DNA from: Candidatus Heimdallarchaeota archaeon
Lineage (GTDB): Archaea; Asgardarchaeota; Heimdallarchaeia; Hodarchaeales; Hodarchaeaceae
Direction: 5' to 3'
Assembly: GCA_020353515.1 (NCBI GenBank)
Contig: CP070695.1
Span: 4,561,414 to 4,625,413, forward strand
Length of the DNA stretch: 64,000 nucleotides
Positions 56,601-64,000 of the stretch are shown one piece after another (within the stretch, counting starts at the first letter, position 1; the number at the start of each line of letters is the position of its first letter). Position numbers and translations under genes: made by a program. A model generated the notes under the pieces. That model was not told the origin of the DNA and searched no databases. It worked only from the letters and a program-made list of their open reading frames with translations.

Positions 56601-56936
56601 CATCTTGGTTTAGATGATAGTAACTTGGGATTGGGATTGCATAGAAGACGACACGTTTCTGATAATTCCCATAGTACCATCTCCTGTTGTTGTATAGGAA
56701 TGACTGTGAACTTCCATGTGAGAGTTACCATACAACCAACTTGAGATATTTTATGTCCATTACTTTATTTAAGCCTTCTTTACCACTTCATCCAACTTAA
56801 ACAGCAATTATTTTCCTTTTCAACCTTTTTGATCCTATTATTCTTTATCTCTCTGCTTTTTTATTTTTGAGATAATTTTTGTCTCATCATCCATCCCCCA
56901 TCCGAAGGAAGGGGACTTCTGGTTGAGGTAAATCAA
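56600..56936 (-). mobile_element. tnpB: Degenerate IS200/IS605-family remnant: subterminal hairpin plus 5' fragment of tnpB
   Basis: Minus strand 56731-56600 reads MVTLTWKFTVIPIQQQEMVLWELSETCRLLCN..., resembling the TnpB N-terminal HTH. Upstream GAAGTCCCCTTCCTTCGGATGGGGGATG hairpin resembles IS200/IS605 ends. Confidence 0.68.
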
Positions 56937-57025
56937 AAAAGAAGATTTATACGTAATCATGTGGGATAATAATTAAAAGATGATTTCTCAGGTAGATAAA
57001 AAGATTTCAAACTGGAGAGTAAAAA

Positions 57026-57196
57026 TTGATAGAATCTGGAATATCAGTTAAAGATACTGGAAAAGGACTCCAACTGACCTTGGATGGAGAAATGTATCGT
57101 AGAATTGCTCAGGAGTGGGAACAAGGAAAGTTAAAACCTTTCTATTCACATTTAAAAGAATTTATAAGACAAATAGAAAGAGATTATGGTTCTTAA
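57026..57196 (+). CDS. Small hypothetical protein (56 aa), below the ORF-track cutoff
   Basis: TTG start after GGAGAG; MIESGISVKDTGKGLQLTLDGEMYRRIAQEWEQGKLKPFYSHLKEFIRQIERDYGS*; ends 14 bp from a convergent gene. Confidence 0.55.
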   Translation: MIESGISVKDTGKGLQLTLDGEMYRRIAQEWEQGKLKPFYSHLKEFIRQIERDYGS

Positions 57197-57210
57197 ACAT
57201 TACATCTAAA

Positions 57211-57543
57211 CTACCAATCATAGGGGGAAATACCATCAACCAATTCTCCCTCGAACAGAATTAATAGGTCATAAATATCTTTACATACAGCAATTTGCTC
57301 CGAATTGAGGTTTTTTTCAGCCTGTAAGATAAAGAGTAGTGCTTCATCTTCCCAAATAACTCGTATTTTTATCATATTACTTTTATAAAACACAAAAAAA
57401 GTAGGTGTTTTCTCTGAGTATTGAAATCTAATTTCATTCTCTTGTAAAGTCGTTTTTAGATCTACTTTGAAGTCATTCCATACCGATTTATCAGCAAACC
57501 GAATATTAAACCTTTTTTGATCTTGGATATCATTCAATCTCAA
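57211..57543 (-). CDS. Hypothetical protein
   Basis: 110-aa ORF overlapping the upstream gene's stop (operon). Confidence 0.65.
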   Translation of the reverse strand: MRLNDIQDQKRFNIRFADKSVWNDFKVDLKTTLQENEIRFQYSEKTPTFFVFYKSNMIKIRVIWEDEALLFILQAEKNLNSEQIAVCKDIYDLLILFEGELVDGISPYDW

Positions 57544-58900
57544 TCTGACTCCATTTCTTCGCTATAAACCTGTTGATTTCACGTGCTACCAAATTTGGTT
57601 CCTCAAAAATCACCATATGGCTGCCTGGGATCTCCCTAAAAGTAAGAAGATCGGATGAAACACATTCAATTAACTCCTCTCTTAAATCCTTGGGAATAAG
57701 CTTATCGTTCTTACCCCACACCACCAATATGGGTTTTGTTGATGATTGGAGCTTTTTTGTATAATCACGAGGTATAAAATCTTTGAATATTTCATAATAC
57801 ACTTTGTCAGGGACGTTAAAAGCACTCTGAATAAATGGATTTACGATCTCCTTTTTTGTACTTCTAGAAAAAAGGATCTTTGGGGCTAATTTTTTAACCT
57901 GTCCTTTGAATGAACCCCAAATCGGAGTCGGAGGCAAAACTTTAACTCCATTCCTAAAGTTATCAGGAGCACGATGGGCGCCCGAAACTAAGATAAATTG
58001 GTTTATGTTTGAATATTTTGGTTTCAAAAACTCCTCTAGGATAATTGCAGAAAATAAAGAATGGGCTCCTAATACAATCTCTTTTTCTGTACCAAGATAC
58101 TCTATAAAATCCTTCAAATCTTGTACATAATCCTTTAACTTAAATTCTACATCTTGATCAATTGGTTCAGTAAAACCACGAGTTCCTAAGATATATAGCT
58201 GATATTTTCCCAGAAGAGAAGAAATCATTGGATAATAATTCTCGATTTCTCCACCAACGGGTGAAAGTAATATTAAGATAGTGTCATGGGAGTAAGAAGT
58301 ACTATAGAAACTGACTTTACGACCGCTGAGTTCTATCATTTGGGTTTGGTAAGGAAATTGTGGTTCCAATGGAGACAGGACGGTTTTTGTTACTTCTTTA
58401 GGTTTAGTTGTCAAAATACGTAATCGAGAAGTAACATCTCCAAGTATCTGTTGGAATTGTTCAACAGGTGTCATTAATAATTTCGCAAATGCTTTAACTA
58501 CATCTACCTCTGTATCTTCAGCTTCTTTAGCTTGTACTACCTTATACTCTTCCTGAAATGTAAGAATCTCGTTTTTTACAGCTTCTAGATCGGAAATACT
58601 GAACGAAAACAGAGGTGTCATTACATTTGGTCCTTCACCCAACTCCAGTTGAAGATAATTCTGTTTTTTCATCTTTTGACGTTTTTCAATCAATTTTACT
58701 GTTTGAAGATGATTCAATGGATAATTTACAATAATTATGGGTGAGCTTTCAGCGGTTTGAACAGCGAACTCAATCCTTTGTTTTGTACTATTGAGTCGTA
58801 GAAGTCCATGACGTTTTTCACGAATGCGTGAATCCCCTTCATGATAGGTAGCCAACCATTCTGCTCTAATCTCTTCTGACAAGTTTTCAGACGTCCTCAA
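57530..58900 (-). CDS. Alpha/beta hydrolase with an N-terminal PH-like domain
   Basis: Nucleophile elbow variant GAHSLF, PILVVWGKNDKLIP, GSHMVIFEEP; beta-rich N-terminal ~120 aa ending in a helix. Confidence 0.8.
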   Translation of the reverse strand: MRTSENLSEEIRAEWLATYHEGDSRIREKRHGLLRLNSTKQRIEFAVQTAESSPIIIVNYPLNHLQTVKLIEKRQKMKKQNYLQLELGEGPNVMTPLFSFSISDLEAVKNEILTFQEEYKVVQAKEAEDTEVDVVKAFAKLLMTPVEQFQQILGDVTSRLRILTTKPKEVTKTVLSPLEPQFPYQTQMIELSGRKVSFYSTSYSHDTILILLSPVGGEIENYYPMISSLLGKYQLYILGTRGFTEPIDQDVEFKLKDYVQDLKDFIEYLGTEKEIVLGAHSLFSAIILEEFLKPKYSNINQFILVSGAHRAPDNFRNGVKVLPPTPIWGSFKGQVKKLAPKILFSRSTKKEIVNPFIQSAFNVPDKVYYEIFKDFIPRDYTKKLQSSTKPILVVWGKNDKLIPKDLREELIECVSSDLLTFREIPGSHMVIFEEPNLVAREINRFIAKKWSQIEIE

Positions 58901-58911
58901 AACACTGAAGT

Positions 58912-59103
58912 TTACTTCTCTGTTAATTTCTTTGTAGTTTTGTGAATCTTATCCTTAACAATATCCGTCACCCCACTCTTCTCCAGTTCTTCCTTGATTG
59001 ATTCTTTAGCTATGTCTGCAGCTGCTCCTCCTACTGCTCTGGTTGTGATGTTTAATGCCTCTTTGGAAGCCCCTTTCACAATTTTCTTAGTTATTTTCTT
59101 CAA
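58912..59103 (-). CDS. Small basic helical protein
   Basis: 63 aa, co-oriented 11 bp upstream of the hydrolase gene. Confidence 0.55.
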   Translation of the reverse strand: MKKITKKIVKGASKEALNITTRAVGGAAADIAKESIKEELEKSGVTDIVKDKIHKTTKKLTEK

Positions 59104-59236
59104 AATCTATACCCGAAAGAACTTTATCAGCACTCTTCAAAAATCATTGCATAGAGGTTTCAAAACAAGATGCCTTGAAGGATGAATAATCATCACTAAA
59201 CGGTGAATCTATGTTTCTTGTAGGAGATGAAAGTCC

Positions 59237-61906
59237 ATGAAACCATGGTATGAAATAGTTCACCCTCATTCAATGATTCTTTCAGGACACATAAGGGAGA
59301 ACTTTTTTCTTGCTGATCTAGGTAATATAATCCAAGAGTCAGCCCCCTCAGATTATTTAAATCCTAGGAAGTTCTTTCAACAAACCCTCCTTACAAGAGG
59401 ATTACTAAACATTTTCACTACTATTCAGACTAAATTATGTAGAGGAGAAGGTAGTGGAATAATTAAACTACAGACACCGTTTGGAGGTGGAAAAACACAT
59501 ACTTTAATTTCTATTTATCACTATGCTATAAGTGGAGTCGAAGTTCACAATTATCTCCCAAAAAATTTGTCTCCCTTTAAAGCAGAAATTGTAACAATTG
59601 TAGGGACAAATTTAAACCCTGTAGAGGGGCGACACGAGGATAATATCTTCATTCACACAATTTGGGGGGATATGGCTTTTCAACTTGCTGGTGTCGATGG
59701 CTACAAAGAATTTGAAGCCAATGATATAGAACGTATTAGTCCTGGAAAGGAAAAATTAACAAAATTTCTCAAACAACATCAACCATTTCTACTTTTATTT
59801 GATGAAATGGCTGAATATGTTGCAAAAGCACGAGGGATATCAGTAAATGAGTCGAATCTTGGAATTCAAACATTAATCTTTCTTCAAGAATTAACTGAAG
59901 CAATCGCTTCACTACCTAGGGGATTATTAGTTATTACTCTTCCAGTTCACGGATATGAAGATTTTTCGGAATCAAAACTCGACATTATCAATAGAATCAA
60001 TCGAATCTTAGGACGTGTAGAATCGAGTGAGACCCCAATTGAACGAGAAGACCTATACAAGTTAATTACAAAAAGACTGATAAGAAAAGTGCTTATCCAA
60101 GAAGCTCGTGATGATGTTATCTCAGAATATGTAAGACTCTATCAAAATAAGCGATCTGAACTTCCAGAAAGGATTCAGAACCCTGTGTTTTATAATAAGA
60201 TGAAGGATTCATACCCATTCCATCCTGAACTTATCGATCTGCTGTATGATAGATGGCGAAGCCTCCCATCATTTCAAGGTACAAGGGCAATCTTAAAAAT
60301 CTTAACCCGAACACTTATTCACTTATATGCCTCTAAAGAAAAAGTTAACCTTATTCTTCCTTCGGATATCAATTTGAACGAATCAAATCTTAAGAATGAC
60401 TTCTTAAAGCATATAGATGTTAAATTCGCCTCGATTTTAAATTCAGATGTGCTTGGATTTGATTCTAATGCCACATTTCTAGATAAAAAGTATCCAAATT
60501 GGAACAACTTTGCCTTAGGAATTTCACAGACAATTTTTCTTTATTCTTTCGCACAAGAGGAGATACCAAGAGGCTTAAATCTCTCTGAACTAAAATTAAA
60601 TTTGATAAGACCAGGTACCACCGTTTCCCTACTCTCAGAGGTTCTTCATCGACTCCATTCAACTCTCTCTTACTTACACTTTAGAGATGGACGGAATTTT
60701 TTTAGTCATGAATCCAATTTAAACCACAAAATTCAAGACTTAAAGGAACTATTTCAAGATCAATTTGAAGAAGAATTGAGAAGAGAAATTAAAAAGCACG
60801 TTGGCAAAAAATTAACGACAATTATTTGGCCAAGTTGCTCTAATGAGATACCTGATGATCAACGACTAAAGATCGTTCTAGTTCATCCTTCTGTCAAGAA
60901 AAATACATTAGAGGATTGGTTAGAAAAAAAAGGGACATCATTCCGTCAGAATAAAAACACGATTTTTTTTGTATTACCACATATTTCTCATCTTACCGTT
61001 CTACAAGATTTAATACAGACAAAACTCGCTTTGATTGAATTACATAAGAAGGTCAAGGATGAAGATCTAGAACTTCGCTTAGAAATTAAACAACGACATG
61101 AAAGAATTAATGAAACACTAGCCTACCATATTAGGAAGACTTATTCGATTCTTTACGATGGGCAGAGGACAATATCTTTCAGCCTTCCTTCAGTTGAATA
61201 TGAACCTCTAACAAAATGGTTTCACCGTGAATTGACTGCTCGCGAACTAATTGTGACAAAGCTCCATTATCGAAAACTTAAGGAGCTATTTCTAAGCTCA
61301 AATCATTGTATTTCAACATACCAGATTCTTGAACAATTTTTCGTTGATCTTAATCTATTTAAAATCGAATCAGTCGAAATTATTAAACAAGCTATTTGCT
61401 GGGGCGTCAAAGAAGGTGCCTTTGGGAGAGCACTTCTTCAGGGGGAAGGGATTCAAACAAGTTCCTTCTTCTTTTCTGTAGAAATTCCTCCAACGCAGAT
61501 CATGTTTACATCGAATGAATTTCTAATTAATAGGGAAATTGCGAGAACAATTAATAATCAAATAGCTCAAAATCCTGAAATTATAGAAGTAATTATTCCA
61601 GAAGAACGCAAGAATAGTGCCTCTTCTTCCGAATTAATATTTAAGAAAACTTTGGAAACTAAAGATGAAGCTGATGAGATTCATTCATTATCTCTGGAGG
61701 TGCAGGATCTTAATTCAAAATCTCTACTTGATTTCTACCGTGGAGTTATAGAACCACTTGAATCCAATAACGCAGATATTTCTATAAAAATAAAATTAGA
61801 TGTGAAGAGTAAGAAAAAGATCCCTGAAACTACAATTAACACAACTATAAAGGAAACGATTTCTCAACTTGGAGCCCAAATTACCATAATTGATGAAGAG
61901 GAATAG
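59237..61906 (+). CDS. DUF499-family AAA+ ATPase
   Basis: MKPWYEIVHPH, Walker A LQTPFGGGKTH, TIWGDMAFQL, Walker B LLFDE, SYPFHPELI, FQGTRAIL, IPDD; AGGAG RBS. Confidence 0.9.
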   Translation: MKPWYEIVHPHSMILSGHIRENFFLADLGNIIQESAPSDYLNPRKFFQQTLLTRGLLNIFTTIQTKLCRGEGSGIIKLQTPFGGGKTHTLISIYHYAISGVEVHNYLPKNLSPFKAEIVTIVGTNLNPVEGRHEDNIFIHTIWGDMAFQLAGVDGYKEFEANDIERISPGKEKLTKFLKQHQPFLLLFDEMAEYVAKARGISVNESNLGIQTLIFLQELTEAIASLPRGLLVITLPVHGYEDFSESKLDIINRINRILGRVESSETPIEREDLYKLITKRLIRKVLIQEARDDVISEYVRLYQNKRSELPERIQNPVFYNKMKDSYPFHPELIDLLYDRWRSLPSFQGTRAILKILTRTLIHLYASKEKVNLILPSDINLNESNLKNDFLKHIDVKFASILNSDVLGFDSNATFLDKKYPNWNNFALGISQTIFLYSFAQEEIPRGLNLSELKLNLIRPGTTVSLLSEVLHRLHSTLSYLHFRDGRNFFSHESNLNHKIQDLKELFQDQFEEELRREIKKHVGKKLTTIIWPSCSNEIPDDQRLKIVLVHPSVKKNTLEDWLEKKGTSFRQNKNTIFFVLPHISHLTVLQDLIQTKLALIELHKKVKDEDLELRLEIKQRHERINETLAYHIRKTYSILYDGQRTISFSLPSVEYEPLTKWFHRELTARELIVTKLHYRKLKELFLSSNHCISTYQILEQFFVDLNLFKIESVEIIKQAICWGVKEGAFGRALLQGEGIQTSSFFFSVEIPPTQIMFTSNEFLINREIARTINNQIAQNPEIIEVIIPEERKNSASSSELIFKKTLETKDEADEIHSLSLEVQDLNSKSLLDFYRGVIEPLESNNADISIKIKLDVKSKKKIPETTINTTIKETISQLGAQITIIDEEE

Positions 61907-61929
61907 AATTCACATCAACAATAAAATTT

Positions 61930-63813
61930 CTACTGTCTATTTGTTCTAAAAAAAAGATATATTCGTTCTGCTACAGCACGATTAATTCCTTCAACTTGAC
62001 ACAATTCCTCAACAGTCGCCTCTCGAATTCTGTTTATATCACCAAAATGTTGTAGTAAGGAATTTCTTCGTTTCGTTCCTATCCCCACAATTTGATCTAA
62101 TTGGGATTTTGGTTCACGTAACCTTCTCCGACGATGATAAGTAATGGCAAATCGATGGGCTTCGTCACGACATTGTTTGAGTAGATTGAGGGCAGCACTA
62201 TTTTGAGGTATTGCAAGGGGGTTTTTCTTTTTTGGAAGAAAAACTTCCTCTTCTTTCTTAGCAATCCCGATAACAGGGATTTTTTGGTTAGATCGTAACA
62301 GGACAGCATATACACCGTTTACTTGAGGTTTACCTCCATCTATTACGATTAAATCTGGTAGAGATGTAGCAAACTGCGAGTCATCATGCTTAAGACGACG
62401 GGTTAGTACTTCTTGTAACATTGCTACATCATTAGGTTCAGGTTTAACTGATTTTATCTTAAAACGGCGATATTGTGATTTTACTGATTCTCCATTTTGA
62501 AAAACAACCATAGAACCTACAGGGAGAGTTCCTTGAATATTGGAGATATCATAAGTTTCTATTCGTTGGGGGATATTTACTAGATTGAGATACTTTTGAA
62601 GTTCGACTAAGGCTTCTGTTTTGACTTGTTTTTTCTTTTGAATTGACTTGATTTTTTCACTAAGCTCTAATTGAAGTTTGTAAACTTGTATTTTGAGAAT
62701 AGAGTTATCAAGAATATTGGGTTTGACCTTGATCCTGACACTTCTCCCCTGTTTTTTAGACAACCAATTTTCTAAAATCTCTCTCTCCTGGTCCAGTTCA
62801 CTTGAAACTTCAATAATATCAGGAATGAAATCTGTTTTGAAATAATAATGAGTAATGAAAGATTTAAGGATCTCTATTTCTGGTAACGCTTCAAGAATTC
62901 CTAAAAATTTTGATTCATGGTCTATAATATTGTCATCACGAATCCAAAAAATTCCAAACATATAATAATTTGAATTCTCTAGTAGAATAATGATATCTTT
63001 ATCTCTAGGTTGAGGAAATTCTGTTTGAGACTCAATTATAGTTTTTATTTGACTAATACGATCACGAATTTTAGCAGCTGATTCAAAATCTAAATCTTTG
63101 GCAGCTTGATCCATTCTTAGGTATAAAACTTCTAATAGATCCTTTTTCTTGCCCTGAAGAAATAATACAAATTGATCAACTATTTGTTGATATTCTTCAA
63201 CGGATATTTTACCAACACAGGGAGCAGAACAGCGATGAATGGAGTAATCTAAACACTCCTTTTTTGCTCGAAAACAGTAACTTTTGTTAGCAATAGGGAA
63301 GAGCCTACGAAGAGAACGAACAGATGCACGAAGAGCCTTAACATCTTTTTTCCTACTAAAATACCAATCCTTAGGATTTGTGATACTTCGGACTATAAGC
63401 AATCGGGAAAAGGGCTCTTCATCTGAAGGTACGGTAATCTGAATCCTGGGGTATTGTTTATCATCTTTCCAATCAATATTATATCGAGGAGAATGAATTT
63501 GAATTAAATCCCTTTCACGGAGAAATGCAGCTTCTATAGATTTATGAATTTCATAATCTATTGATTTGATTTTGGAAGCTAGTCGCCTGGTTTTTCGATC
63601 AGGAAAGTCTTTCCTTAAATAGGAAGCCACACGCTTTTTTAGATTTGATGTGGCTCCAATATAGATTATTTTCCCCTTTTCATTTAACATGAGATAGACG
63701 CCTGGAGCTGATGGAAGTGTATTCAAAACTTTAGAATTAAAAGAAGAGACCTCAGTTGGCATTCTACTCATTAAATTTCCATATGATTTTTTCCTTAAAT
63801 GTAATCCATACAC
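61930..63813 (-). CDS. uvrC: Excinuclease ABC subunit C
   Basis: GIY-YIG (PGVYLM..IYIG), Cys-rich region, UVR domain (LDFESAAKIRD), RNase H-like domain (YDISN, DLIVIDGG, RDEAHRFA), HhH. The true start is probably 63771 or 63762. Confidence 0.95.
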   Translation of the reverse strand: MYGLHLRKKSYGNLMSRMPTEVSSFNSKVLNTLPSAPGVYLMLNEKGKIIYIGATSNLKKRVASYLRKDFPDRKTRRLASKIKSIDYEIHKSIEAAFLRERDLIQIHSPRYNIDWKDDKQYPRIQITVPSDEEPFSRLLIVRSITNPKDWYFSRKKDVKALRASVRSLRRLFPIANKSYCFRAKKECLDYSIHRCSAPCVGKISVEEYQQIVDQFVLFLQGKKKDLLEVLYLRMDQAAKDLDFESAAKIRDRISQIKTIIESQTEFPQPRDKDIIILLENSNYYMFGIFWIRDDNIIDHESKFLGILEALPEIEILKSFITHYYFKTDFIPDIIEVSSELDQEREILENWLSKKQGRSVRIKVKPNILDNSILKIQVYKLQLELSEKIKSIQKKKQVKTEALVELQKYLNLVNIPQRIETYDISNIQGTLPVGSMVVFQNGESVKSQYRRFKIKSVKPEPNDVAMLQEVLTRRLKHDDSQFATSLPDLIVIDGGKPQVNGVYAVLLRSNQKIPVIGIAKKEEEVFLPKKKNPLAIPQNSAALNLLKQCRDEAHRFAITYHRRRRLREPKSQLDQIVGIGTKRRNSLLQHFGDINRIREATVEELCQVEGINRAVAERIYLFFRTNRQ

Positions 63814-63861
63814 TTCATTGTCATAAATTGAAGATCAAAAAGGAAAAAAGGATTTAGTCAA

Positions 63862-63999
63862 TTATTTATGGATAACTTCACGCCATTGATTAACTATAGC
63901 TTGAAACTCTTCAATCTTATTCTTGTTATTGAAGAGTAGAAATACATCAATTCTTCTTTCTTTTCCAGGGGGTAGTTTAAAGCTATTACTGCACACCAT
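63862..63999 (-). CDS. C-terminal fragment of a gene running off the window end
   Basis: Open minus frame ...VCSNSFKLPPGKERRIDVFLLFNNKNKIEEFQAIVNQWREVIHK*. Confidence 0.5.
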   Translation of the reverse strand: MVCSNSFKLPPGKERRIDVFLLFNNKNKIEEFQAIVNQWREVIHK

Positions 64000-64000
64000 C

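Noticed and set aside
56436-56744. 102-aa plus-strand ORF overlapping the end of porB
   Set aside because: It runs through the porB terminator. The region is better explained by porB plus the minus-strand tnpB remnant.
2332-62315. Many 60-120-aa ORFs antisense to or nested in long genes (e.g. 2332-2601, 7300-7515, 18981-19337, 44947-45264, 51605-51826, 62097-62315)
   Set aside because: They lie wholly inside well-supported genes, have S/F/I-rich shadow-frame composition and show no motifs.
1-64000. CRISPR arrays, tRNA/rRNA genes, selenocysteine read-through, inteins
   Set aside because: No regularly spaced repeats, cloverleafs or GC-rich RNA-like islands were seen by eye. No TGA interrupts a conserved domain in frame, and the polymerase insertions lack intein splice motifs. 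tRNAscan-SE and Infernal were not run.

Overview
AT-rich, gene-dense archaeal chromosomal window. It is most likely from an Asgard archaeon (Heimdallarchaeia/Hodarchaeales-like); this is inferred from a eukaryote-type DNA polymerase epsilon-like PolB, five Rab-like small GTPases, longin/uDENN- and SNAP/TPR-like proteins, an archaeal dUTPase and a four-subunit pyruvate:ferredoxin oxidoreductase. Main blocks: (1) a three-gene operon encoding a SNAP-like helical protein with an acidic hinge and beta-sandwich tail plus a longin/uDENN-TPR protein; (2) the Pol epsilon-like polymerase with an intact CysX motif; (3) four N6-adenine-type DNA methyltransferases with no visible nuclease, three of them co-oriented behind mutY; (4) metabolic and housekeeping genes (arylsulfotransferase, Lrp, DUF362, rocD, dUTPase, GT2, MFS, por operon, uvrC); (5) a roadblock-like/coiled-coil/two-GTPase operon; (6) an unusual SMC locus: smc, a divergent kleisin, an antisense TrmB-like protein with a ~600-aa helical insertion, and two different ScpB/kite paralogs, followed by two tandem GTPases; (7) a DUF499-type AAA+ ATPase without its usual partner genes. 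Not shown in the ORF track: a class II HMG-CoA reductase C-terminus, a frameshifted RING/TPR gene, a doubly frameshifted LRR gene, an IS200/IS605 (tnpB) remnant and a 56-aa ORF. No rRNA, tRNA or CRISPR array was seen. All family calls come from reading motifs by eye; no searches were run.
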